Assembly (NCBI GenBank): GCA_964016885.1
Contig: OZ024754.1
Coordinates: 20,646,001-20,710,000 of the forward strand
Reading direction: 5' to 3'
Length of the DNA: 64,000 nucleotides
DNA from: Eledone cirrhosa
Lineage: Eukaryota
Shown here: one piece after another, positions 28,946 through 43,200 of the stretch
How positions within the stretch are numbered: position 1 is the stretch's first letter
Layout: each line of letters begins with the position of its first letter
Position numbers and translations under genes: made by a program
The notes under the pieces: model-generated
Database searches by the model: none
Told to the model about the DNA's origin: nothing
What the model saw: the letters and a program-made list of their open reading frames with translations, nothing else

Positions 28946-31900
28946 TACCCTTGGTATTAACATAGACTCCCTCCCATATTACCCTTGGTATTAACATAGA
29001 CACCCTCTCATATTACCCTTGGTATTATCATAGGTACACCCTCCCATATTACCCTTGGTATTAACATAGACTACCTCCCATATTACCCTGGGTCTTAACA
29101 TAGACTCCCTCCCATATTAGACTTGGTATTAACATAGACACCCTCCCATATTACCCTTGGTATTAACATAGGGACTCCCTCCCATATTACCTTTGGTATT
29201 AACATAGACTCCCTCCCATATTACCCTTGGTATTAACATAGACTCCCTCCCATATTACCCTTGGTATTATCATAGAGACTCGCTCCCATATTACCCTTGG
29301 TATTAACATAGACTCGCTCCCATATTACCCTTGGTATTAACATAGACTCCCTCCCATATTGCCCTTGGTATTATCATAGACTCCCTCACATATTACCCTT
29401 GGTATTAACATAGATTCCCTCCCATATTACCCTTGGTATTAACATAGGGACTCCCTCCCATATTACTCTTGGTATTAACATAGAGACCGCCCCCCATATT
29501 ACCCATGGTATAAACATAGACTCCCTCTCATATTACCCTTGGTATTAACATAGACTCCCTCACATATTACAATTGGTGTTAACATAGACTCCCTCCCATA
29601 TTACGGTTGGTATTAACATAGGGACTCCCTCCCATATTAGCCTTGGTATTAACATAGGGACTCCCTCCCATATTAGCCTTGGTATTAACATAGACTCCCT
29701 CCCATATTAGCCTTGGTATTTACATAGACTCCCTCCCATATTACCCTTGGTATTAACATAGACTGCCTCCCATATTACCCTTGGTATTAAAATAGGGACT
29801 CCTTCCCATGTTAGCCTTGGTATTAACATAGAGACTCCCTCCCATATTACCCTTGGTATTAATTTAGACTACCTCCCATATTAACCTTGGTGTTAACATA
29901 GACTCCCTCCCATATTACCCTTGGTATTAACATAGGGACTCCCTCCCATATTAGCCTTGGTATTAACATAGGGACTCCCTCCCATATTAGTCTTGGTATT
30001 TACATAGACTCCCTCCCATATTACCCTTGGTACTAACATAGACTCCCTCCCATATTACCCTTGGTATTAACATAGACTCCCTCCCATATTACCCTTGTTA
30101 TTAACATAGGGATTCCCTCCCATATTACCCTTGGTATTAACATAGAGACTACCCCCATATTACCCTTGGTATTAATGTAGAGACTCCCTCCCATATTAAC
30201 CTTGGTGTTAACATAGACACCCTCCCATATTACCCTTGGTATTAACATAGGGACTCCCTCCCATATTAGCCTTGGTATTAACATAGGGACTCCCTCCCAT
30301 ATTAGCCTTGGTATTAACATAGACTCCCTCTCATATTACCCTTGGTATTAACATAGACTCCCTGCCATATTACACTTTGTATTAACATAGACTCACCCCC
30401 CATATTACCCTTGGTATTAATATAGACTCCCTCCCATATTAGCCTTGGTATTAACATAGACTCCCTCCCATATTACCCTTGGTATTAACATAGACACCCT
30501 CCCATGTTAGCCTTGGTATTAACATGGACTCTTTCCCATATTAGCCTTGGTATTAACATAGACTCCCTCCCATATTAGCCTTGGTATTAACATAGACTCC
30601 CTCCCATATTAGCCTTGGTATTAACATAGACTCCCTCCCATATTACACTTGGTATTAACATAGGGACTCCCTCCCATATTACCCTTGGTATTAACATAAG
30701 GACTCTCTCCCATATTACCTTTGGTATTAACATAGACTCCCTCCCATATTACCCTTGGTATTATCATAGGGACTCCCTCCCATATTACCCTTGGTATTAA
30801 CATAGACTCCCTTCCATATTACCCTTGGTATTAACATAGACACCCTCCCATATTACCCTTGGGATTATCATAGGTACACCCTCCCATATTACCCTTGGTA
30901 TTAACATAGACTCCCTCCCATATTACCCTTGGAATTGTCATAGGGACACCCTCCCATATTACCCTTGGTATTAACATAGACTCCCTCCCATATTACCCTT
31001 GGTATTAACATAGGGACTCGCTCCCATATTACCCTTGGTATTAACATAGAGACTCCCCCCCATATTACCCTTGGTATTAATATAGAGACTCCCTCCCATA
31101 TTAACCTTGGTGTTAACATAGACTCCCTCCCATATTACCCTTGGTATTAACATAGGGACTCCCTCCCATATTAGCCTTGGTATTAACATAGACTCCCTCC
31201 CATATTAGCATTGGTAATTACATAGACTACCTCCCATATTACCCTTGGTATTAACATAGACTCCCTCCCATGTTAGCCTTGGTATTAACATAGACTACCT
31301 CCCATATTACCCTGGGTCTTAACATAGACTCCCTCCCATATTAGACTTGGTATTAACATAGAGACTCCCCCCCCATATTACCCTTGGTATTAATATAGAG
31401 ACTCCCTCCCATATTAACCTTGGTGTTAACATAGACTCCCTCCCATATTACCCTTGGTATTAACATAGGGACTCCCTCCCATATTAGCCTTGGTATTAAC
31501 ATAGACTCCCTCCCATATTAGCATTGGTATTTACATAGACTCCCTCCCATATTACCCTTGGTATTAACATAGACTACCTCCCATCTTACCCTGGGTCTTA
31601 ACATAGACTCCCTCCCATATTAGACTTGGTATTAACATAGACTCCCTCCCATATTAGCATTGGTATTTACATAGACTCCCTCCCATATTACCCTTGGTAT
31701 TAACATAGACTCCTTCCCATATTACCCTTGGTATTAACATAGGGACTCCCTCCCATATTAGCCTTGGTATTAACATAGACACCCTCCCATATTACCCTTG
31801 GTATTAACATAGACTCCCTCCCATATTACCCTTGGTATTAACATAGGGACTCCCTCCTATATTACCCTTTATATTAACATAGACTCCCTCCCATGTTAGC

Positions 31901-34273
31901 CTTGGTATTAACATAGACCTTTCCCATATTAGCCTTGGTATTAACATAGACTCCCTCCCATATTAGCCTTGGTATTAACATAGACTCCCTCCCATATTAC
32001 CCTTGGTATTATCATAGGGACTCCCTCCCATATTACCCTTGGTATTAACATAGACTCCCTCCCATATTACCCTTGATATTAACATAGACACCCTCCCATA
32101 TTACCCTTGGTATCATCATAGGGACTCCCTCCCATATTACCCTTGGTATTAACATAGACTCCCTTCCATATTACCCTTGGTATTATCATAGGGTCTCCCT
32201 CCCATATTACCCTTGGTATTAACATAGACTCCCTCCCATATTACCCTTGGTATTAACATAGACACCCTCTCATATTACCCTTGGTATTATCATAGGTACA
32301 TCCTCCCATATTACCCTTGGTATTAACATAGACTACCTCCCATATTACCCTGGGTCTTAACATAGACTCCCTCCCATATTAGACTTGGTATTAACATAGA
32401 CACCCTCCCATATTACCCTTGGTATTAACATAGGGACTCCCTCCCATATTACCTTTGGTATTAACATAGACTCCCTCCCATATTACCCTTGGTATTAACA
32501 TAGACTCCCTCCCATATTACCCTTGGTATTATCATAGAGACTCGCTCCCATATTACCCTTGGTATTAACATAGACTCCCTCCCATATTACCCTTGGTATT
32601 AACATAGACACCCTCCCATATTACCCTTGGTATTATCATAGGTACACCCTCCCATATTACCCTTGGTATTAACATAGACTACCTCCCATATTACCCTGGG
32701 TCTTAACATAGACTCCCTCCCATATTAGACTTGGTATTAACATAGACTCCCTTCCATATTACCCTTGGTATTAACATAGGGACTCCCTCCCATATTACCC
32801 TTGGTATTAACATAGAGACTCCCCCCATATTACCCTTGGTATTAATATAGAGACTCCCTCCCATATTACCCTTGGTATTAACACAGGGACTCCCTCCCAT
32901 ATTAGCCTTGGTATTAACATAGACTCCCTCCCATATTAGCCTTGGTATTTACATAGACTCGCTCCCATATTACCCTTGGTATTAACATAGACTCACTCCC
33001 ATATTACCCTTGGTAATAACATAGGGACTCCCTGCCATATTACCCTTGGTATTAACATAGAGACCGCCCCCCCATATTACCCATGTTATAAACATAGACT
33101 CCCTCCCATATTACCCTTGGTATTAACATAGACTCCATCCCATATTACCCTTGGTATTAACATAGACTCCCTCACATATTACAATTGGTGTTAACATAGA
33201 CTCCCTCCCATATTACGGTTGGTATTAACATAGGGACTCCCTCCCATATTACCCTTGGTATTAACACAGGGACTCCCTCCCATATTACCCTTAGTATTAA
33301 CAGAGACTCCCTCCCATGTTAGCCTTGGTATTAACATAGACTACCTCCCATATTACCCTGGGTCTTAACATAGACTCCCTCCCATATTAGACTTGGTATT
33401 AACATAGACTCCCTCCCATATTAGCATTGGTATTTACATAGACTCCCTCCCATATTACCCTTAGTATTAACATAGACTACCTCCCATATTAGCATTGGTA
33501 TTTACATAGACTGCCTCCCATATTACCCTTCGTATTAACATAGACTACCTCCCATATTAACCTGGGTCTTAACATAGACTCCCTCCCATATTAGACTTGG
33601 TATTAACATAGACTCCCTCCCATATTAGCATTGGTATTTACATAGACTCCCTCCCGTATTACCCTTAGTATTAACATAGACTCCCTCCCATATTACCCTT
33701 GGTATTAACATAGGGACTCCCTCCCATATTAGCCTTGGTATTAACATAGAATCCCTCCCATATTAGCCTTGGTATTAACATAAACTCCCTCCCATATTAC
33801 CCTTGGTATTCTCATAGGGACTCCCTCCCATATTATCCTTGGTATTAACATAGACTCCCCCCCATATTACCCTTGGTATTAACATAGACACCCTCCCATA
33901 TTACCCTTGGTATTATCATAGGGACTCCCTCCCATATTACCTTTGGTATTAACATAGACTCCCTCCCATATTACCCTTGGTATTAACATAGACTCCCTCC
34001 CATATTACCCTTGGTATTATGATAGGGACTCGCTCCCATATTACCCTTGGTATTAACATAAACTCCGTCCCATATTACCCTTGGTATTAACATAGACACC
34101 CTCCCATATTACCCTTGGTATTATCATAGGTACACCCTCCCATATTACCCTTGGTATTAACATAGACTACCTCACATATTACCCTGGGTCTTAACATAGA
34201 CTCCCTCCATATTAGACTTGGTATTAACATAGACTCCCTCCCATATTACCCTTGGTATTAACATAGGGACTCC

Positions 34274-37200
34274 CTCCCATATTACCCTTGGTATTAACAT
34301 AGAGACTCCCCCCATATTACCCTTGGTATTAATATAGAGACTCCCTCCCATATTACCCTTGGTATTAACATAGACTCCCTCCCATATAACCCTTGGTATT
34401 AACATAGACTCCCTCCCATATTACCCTTGGTATTAACATAGGGACTCCCTCCCATATTACCCTTGGTATTAACACAGGGACTCCCTCCCATATTAGCCTT
34501 GGTATTAACATAGACTCCCTCCCATATTAGCCTTGGTATTTACATAGACTCGCTCCCATATTACCCTTGGTATTAACATAGACTCACTCCCATATTACCC
34601 TTGGTATTAACATGGACACCCTCCCATATTAACCTTGGTATTAACATAGAGACCCCCCATATTAGCCTTGGTATTAATATAGACTCCCTCCCATATTACC
34701 CTTGGTATTAACATAGACCCCTCCCATATTACCCATGGTATTAGCATAGACTCCCTCCCATATTACCCTTGGTATTAACATAGACTCCCTCCCATATTAC
34801 CCTTGGTATTAACATAGGGACTCCCTCCCATATTAGCCTTGGTATTAACATAGACTCCCTCCCATATTACCCTTGGTATTAATATAGACTCCCTCCCATA
34901 TTACCCTTGGTATTAACATAGACTCCCTCCCATGTTAGCCTTGGTATTAACATAGACACCTTCCCATATTAGCCTTCGTATTAACATAGACTCCCTCCCA
35001 TATTAGCCTTGGTATTAACATAGACTCCCCCCCATACTAGCCTTGGTATAAACATAGACTCCCTCCCATATTACCCTTGGTATTAACATAGACTCCCTCC
35101 CATATTACCCTTGGTATTAACATAGACTCCTCCCATATTACCCTTGGTATTAACAGACTTTCTCCCATATCAGCCTTGGTATTAATATAGAGACTCCGAC
35201 CCCCATATTACCCTTGGTATTAACATAGACTCGCTCCCATATTACCCTTGGTATTATCATAGACTCCCTCACATATTACCCTTGGTATTAACATAGACTC
35301 CCTCCCATATTACCCTTGGTATTAACATAGGGACTCCCTCCCATATTACCCTTGGTATTAACATAGAGACCGCCCCCCATATTACCGATGGTATAAACAT
35401 AGACTCCCTCCCATATTACCCTTGGTATTAACATAGACTCCATCCCATATTACCCTTGGTATTAACATAGACTCCCTCACATATTACAATTGGTGTTAAC
35501 ATAGACTCCCTCCCATATTACGGTTGGTATTAACATAGGAACTCCCTCCCATATTAACCTTGGTATTAACATAGGGACTCCCTCCCATATTAGCCTTGGT
35601 ATTAACATAGACTCCCTCCCATATTAGCCTTGGTATTTACATAGACTCCTTCCCATATTACCCTTGGTATTAACATAGACTGCCTCCCATATTACCCTTG
35701 GTATTAACATAGGGACTCCCTCCCATATTAGACTTGGTATTAACATAGAGACTCCCTCCCATATTACCCTTGGTATTAATTTAGACTCACTCCCATATTA
35801 CCCTTGGTATTAACATAGACTCACTCCCATATTACCCTTGGTATTAACATAGACTCCCTCCCATATTAGCCTTGGTATTAACATAGAGACCCCCCCCCCA
35901 TATTACCATTGGTATTAATATAGACTCCCTCCCATATTACCCTTGGTATTAACATAGACCCCCTCCCATATTACCCATGGTATTAACATAGACTCCCTCC
36001 CATATTACCCTTGGTATTAACATAGACTCCCTCCCATATTACCTTTGGTATTAACATAGACTACCTCCCATATTACCCTGGGTCTTAACATAGACTCCCT
36101 CCCATATTAGACTTGGTATTAACATAGACTCCCTCCCATATTACCCTTGGTATTAACATAGGGACTCCCTCCCATATTACCCTTGGTATTAACATAGAGA
36201 CTCCCCCCATATTACCCTTGGTATTAATATAGAGACTCCCTCCCATATTACCCTTGGTGTTAACATAGACTCCCTCCCATATTACCCTTGGTATTAACAT
36301 AGACTCCCTCCCATATTAGCCTTGGTATTAACATAGGTACACCCTCCCATATTACCCTTGGTATTAACATAGACTCCCTCCCATATTACCCTTGGTATTA
36401 TCATAGGGACTCCCTCCCATATTACCCTTGGTATTAACATAGACTCCCTCCCATATTAGCATTGGTAATTACATAGACTACCTCCCATATTACCCTTGGT
36501 ATTAACAGAGACTCCCTCCCATGTTAGCCTTGGTATTAACATAGACTACCTCCCATATTACCCTGGGTCTTAACATAGACTCCCTCCCATATTAGACTTG
36601 GTATTAACATAGACTACCTCCCATATTAGCATTGGTATATACATAGACTCCCTCCCATATTACCCTTGGTATTAACATAGACTACCTCCCATATTACCCT
36701 GGGTCTTAACATAGACTCCCTCCCATATTAGACTTGGTATTAACATAGACTCCCTCCCATATTAGCATTGGTATTTACATAGACTCCCTCCCATATTACC
36801 CTTAGTATTAACATAGACTCCCTCCCATATTACCCTTGGTATTAACATAGGGACTCCCTCCCATATTGGCCTTGGTATTAACATAGAATCCCTCCCATAT
36901 TAGCCTTGGTATTAACATAGACTCCCTCCCATATTACCCTTGGTATTATCATAGGGACTCCCTCCCATATTACCCTTGGTATTAACATAGACTCCCTCCC
37001 ATATTACCCTTGGTATTAACATAGACACCCTCCCATATTACCCTTGGTATTATCATAGGGACTCCCTCCAATATTACCTTTGGCATTAACATAGACTCCC
37101 TCCCATATTACCCTTGGTATTAACATAGACTCCCTCCCATATTACCTTTGGTATTATCATAGGGACTCGCTCCCATATTACCCTTGGTATTAACATAGAC

Positions 37201-40200
37201 TCCCTCCCATATTACCCTTGGTATTAACATAAACACCCTCCCATATTACCCTTGGTATTATTATAGGTACGCCCTCCAATATTACCATTGGTATTAACAT
37301 AGATTACCTCCCATATTACCCTGGGTCTTAACATAGACTCCCTCCCATATTAGACTTGGTATTAACATAGACTCCCTCCCATATTACCCTTGGTTTTAAC
37401 ATAGGGACTCCCCCATATTACCCTTAGTATTAACATAGACTCCCTCCCATATTAGCCTTGGTATTAACATAGGGACTCCCTCCCATATTAGCCTTGGTAA
37501 TAACATAGACACCCTCCCATATTACCCTTGGTATTAACATAGTCTCCCTCACATATTACCCTTGGTATTAACATAGACTCCCTCCCATGTTAGCCTTGGT
37601 ATTAACATAGACTCTTTCCCATATTAGCCTTGGTATTAACATAGAATCCCTCCCATATTAGCCTTGGTATTAACATAGACTCCCTCCCATATTACCCTTG
37701 GTATTATCATAGGGACTCCCTCCCATATTACCCTTGGTATTAACATAGACTCCCTCCCATATTACCCTTGGTATTAACATAGACACCCTCCCATATTACC
37801 CTTGGTATTACCATAGGTACACCCTCCCATATTACCCTTGGTATTAACATAGACTACCTCCCATATTACCCTGGGTCTTAACATAGACTCCCTCCCATAT
37901 TAGACTTGGTATTAACATAGACTCCCTCCCATATTACCCTTGGTATTAACATAGGGACTCCCCCCATATTACCCTTGGTATTAATATAGAGACTCCCTCC
38001 CATATTACCCTTGGTGTTAACATAGACTCCCTCCCATATTACCCTTGGTATTAACATAGAATCCCTCCCATATTACCCTTGGTATTAACATAGGGACTCC
38101 CTCGCATATTACCCTTGGTATTAACACAGGGACTCCCTCCCATATTAGCCATGGTATTAACATAGACTCCTTCCCATATTAGCCTTGGTATTTACATAGA
38201 CTCGCTCCCATATTACCCTTGGTATTAACATAGACTTGCTCCCATATTACCCTTGGTATTAACATAGACACCCTCCCATATTAGCCTTGTTATTAACATA
38301 GAGACCCCCCCCCATATTACCCTTGGTATTAATATAAACTCCCTCCCATATTACCCTTGGTATTAACATAGGGACTCCCTCCCATATTAGCCTTGGTATT
38401 AACATAGACTCCCTCCCATATTACCCATGGTATTAACATAGACTCCCTCCCATATTACCCTTGGTATTAACATAGACTCCCTCCCATGTTAGCCTTGGTA
38501 TTAACATAGACTCCTTCCCATATTAGCCTTCGCATTAACATAGACTCCCTCCCATATTAGCCTTGGTATTAACATAGACACCCTCCCATATTACCCTTGG
38601 TATTATCATAGGTACACCCTCCCATATTAGACTTGGTATTAACATAGACTCCCTCCCATATTACCCTTGGTATTAACATAGAGACTCCCCCCATATTACC
38701 CTTGGTATTAATATAGAGACTCCCTCCCATATTACCCTTGGTGTTAACATAGACTCCCTCCCATATAACCCTTGGTATTAACATAGACTCCCTCCCATAT
38801 TACCCTTGGTATTATGATAGGGACTCGCTCCCATATTACCCTTGGTATTAACATAGACTACATCCCATATTACCCTTGGTATTAACATAGACACCCTCCC
38901 ATATTACCCTTGGTATTATCATAGGTACACCCTACCATATTAGACTTGGTATTAACATAGACTCCCTCCCATATTACCCTTGGTATTAACATAGAGACTC
39001 CCCCCATATTACCCTTGGTATTAATATAGAGACTCCCTCCCATATTACCCTTGGTGTTAACATAGACTCCCTCCCATATAACCCTTGGTATTAACATAGA
39101 CTCCCTCCCATATTACCCTTGGTATTAACATAGGGACTCCCTCCCATATTACCCTTGGTATTAACACAGGGACTCCCTCCCATATTAGCCTTGGTATTAA
39201 CATAGACTCCCTCCCATATTAGCCTTGGTATTTACATAGACTCGCTCCTATATTACCCTTGGTATTAACATAGACTCACTCCCATATTACCCTTGGTATT
39301 AACATAGACACCCTCCCATATTAGCCTTGGTATTAACATAGAGACCCCCCCATATTACCCTTGGTATTAATATAGACTCCCTCCCATATTACCCTTGGTA
39401 TTAACATAGACCCCCTCCCATATTACCCATGGTATTAGCATAGACTCCCTCCCATATTACCCTTGGTATTAACATAGACTCCCTCCCATATTACCCTTGG
39501 TATTAACATAGGGACTCCCTCCCATATTAGCCTTGGTATTAACATAGACTCCCTCCCATATTACCCTTGGTATTAATATAGACTCCCTCCCATATTACCC
39601 TTGGTATTAACATAGACTCCCTCCCATGTTAGCCTTGGTATTAACATAGACACCTTCCCATATTAGCCTTCGTATTCACATAGACTCCCTCCCATATTAG
39701 CCTTGGTATTAACATAGACTCCCCCCCATATTAGCCTTGGTATAAACATAGACTCCCTCCCATATTACCCTTGGTATTAACATAGACTCCCTCCCATATT
39801 ACCCTTGGTATTAACATAGACTCCTCCCATATTACCCTTGGTATTAACAGACTTTCTCCCATATCAGCCTTGGTATTAACATAGAGACTCCGACCCCCAT
39901 ATTACCCTTGGTATTAACATAGAGACCGCCCCCCATATTACCCATGGTATAAACATAGACTCCCTCCCATATTACCCTTGGTATTAACATAGACTCCATC
40001 CCATATTACCCTTGGTATTAACATAGACTCCCTCACATATTACAATTGGTGTTAACATAGACTCCCTCCCATATTACGGTTGGTATTAACATAGGGACTC
40101 CCTCCCATATTAACCTTGGTATTAACATAGGGACTCCCTCCCATATTAGCCTTGGTATTAACATAGACTCCCTCCCATATTAGCCTTGGTATTTACATAG

Positions 40201-43200
40201 ACTCCCTCCCATATTACCCTTGGTATTAACATAGACTGCCTCCCATATTACCCTTGGTATTAACATAGGGACTCCCTCCCATATTAGCCCTGGTATTAAC
40301 ATAGAGACTCCCTCCCATATTACCCTTGGTATTAATTTAGACTCACTCCCATATTACCCTTGGTATTAACATAGACTCACTCCCATATTACCCTTGGTAT
40401 TAACATAGACTCCCTCCCATATTAGCCTTGGTATTAACATAGAGACCCCCCCCATATTACCCTTGGTATTAACATAGAGACCCCCCCATATTACCCTTGG
40501 TATTAACATAGACCCCCTCCCATATTACCCATGGTATTAACATAGACTCCCTCCCATATTACCCTTGGTATTAACATAGACTCCTTCCCATATTACCCTT
40601 GGTATTAACATAGACTACCTCCCATATTACCCTGGGTCTTAACATAGACACCCTCCCATATTAGACTTGGTATTAACATAGACTCCCTCCCATATTACCC
40701 TTGGTATTAACATAGGGACTCCCTCCCATATTACCCTTGGTATTAACATAGAGACTCCCCCCTAATTACCCTTGGTATTAATATAGAGACTCCCTCCCAT
40801 ATTACCCTTGGTGTTAACATAGACTCCCTCCCATATTACCCTTGGTATTAACATAGACTCCCTCCCATATTACCCTTGGTATTAACATAGGGACTCCCTC
40901 CCATATTAGCCTTGGTATTAACATAGGGACTCCCTCCCATATTAGCCTTGGTATTTACATAGACTCCCTCCCATATTACCCTTGGTATTATCATAGAGAC
41001 TCCCTCCCATATTACCCTTGGTATTAACATAGACTACCTCCCATATTACCCTGGGTCTTAACATAGACTCCCTCCCATATTAGACTTGGTATTAACATAG
41101 ACTCCTTGCCATATTACCCTTTGTATTAACATAGACTCCCTCCCATATTACACTTGGTATTAACATAGACTCCCTCCCATATTACCCTTGGTATTAACAT
41201 AGGGACTCCCTCCCATATTACCCTTGGTATTAACATAGAGACTCCCCCCCATACTACCCTTGGTATTAATATAGAGTCTCCCCCCCCATATTACCCTTGG
41301 TATTAATATAGAGACTCCCTCCCATATTAACCTTGGTGTTAACATAGACTCCCTCCCATATTACTCTTGGTATTAGCATAGGGACTCCCTCCCATATTAC
41401 CCTTGGTATTAACATAGAGACCGCCCCCCATATTACCCTTGGTATTAACATAGACTCCCTCCCATATTACCCTTGGTATTAACATAGACTCCCTCACATA
41501 TTACAATTGGTGTTAACATAGATTCCCTCCCATATTACCGTTGGTATTAACATAGGGACTCTCTCCCATATTACCCTTGGTATTAACATAGAGACTCCCC
41601 CCATATTACCCTTGGTATTAATATAGAGACTCCCTCCCATATTACCCTTGGTATTAACATAGACTCCCTCCCATATAACCCTTGGTATTAACATAGACTC
41701 CCTCCCATATTACCCTTGGTATTAACATAGGGACTCCCTCCCATATTACCCTTGGTATTAACACAGGGACTCCCTCCCATATTAGCCTTGGTATTAACAT
41801 AGACTCCCTCCCATATTAGCCTTGGTATTTACATAGACTCGCTCCCATATTACCCTTGGTATTAACATAGACTCACTCCCATATTACCCTTGGTATTAAC
41901 ATAGACACCCTCCCATATTAACCTTGGTATTAACATAGAGACCCCCCATATTAGCCTTGGTATTAATATAGACTCCCTCCCATATTACCCTTGGTATTAA
42001 CATAGACCCCTCCCATATTACCCATGGTATTAGCATAGACTCCCTCCCATATTACCCTTGGTATTAACATAGACTCCCTCCCATATTACCCTTGGTATTA
42101 ACATAGGGACTCCCTCCCATATTAGCCTTGGTATTAACATAGACTCCCTCCCATATTACCCTTGGTATTAATATAGACTCCCTCCCATATTACCCTTGGT
42201 ATTAACATAGACTCCCTCCCATGTTAGCCTTGGTATTAACATAGACACCTTCCCATATTAGCCTTCGTATTAACATAGACTCCCTCCCATATTAGCCTTG
42301 GTATTAACATAGACTCCCCCCCATATTAGCCTTGGTATAAACATAGACTCCCTCCCATATTACCCTTGGTATTAACATAGACTCCCTCCCATATTACCCT
42401 TGGTATTAACATAGACTCCTCCCATATTACCCTTGGTATTAACAGACTTTCTCCCATATCAGCCTTGGTATTAATATAGAGACTCCGACCCCCATATTAC
42501 CCTTGGTATTAACATAGACTCGCTCCCATATTACCCTTGGTATTATCATAGACTCCCTCACATATTACCCTTGGTATTAACATAGACTCCCTCCCATATT
42601 ACCCTTGGTATTAACATAGGGACTCCCTCCCATATTACCCTTGGTATTAACATAGAGACCGCCCCCCCATATTACCGATGGTATAAACATAGACTCCCTC
42701 CCATATTACCCTTGGTATTAACATAGACTCCATCCCATATTACCCTTGGTATTAACATAGACTCCCTCACATATTACAATTGGTGTTAACATAGACTCCC
42801 TCCCATATTACGGTTGGTATTAACATAGGAACTCCCTCCCATATTAACCTTGGTATTAACATAGGGACTCCCTCCCATATTAGCCTTGGTATTAACATAG
42901 ACTCCCTCCCATATTAGCCTTGGTATTTACATAGACTCCCTCCCATATTACCCTTGGTATTAACATAGACTGCCTCCCATATTACCCTTGGTATTAACAT
43001 AGGGACTCCCTCCCATATTAGACTTGGTATTAACATAGAGACTCCCTCCCATATTACCCTTGGTATTAATTTAGACTCACTCCCATATTACCCTTGGTAT
43101 TAACATAGACTCACTCCCATATTACCCTTGGTATTAACATAGACTCCCTCCCATATTAGCCTTGGTATTAACATAGAGCCCCCCCCCCATATTACCATTG

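Larger units (their letters stand above)
20820..31800. repeat. ~8.5-kb-offset duplication: ~20820-23240 recurs at ~29310-31800
   Basis: ORF pairs 22064/30621, 22344/30901, 22414/30971 (offset 8557). Shared GGTAATTACATAG and CCCATCTTACCCTGGG monomers. Confidence 0.82.
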
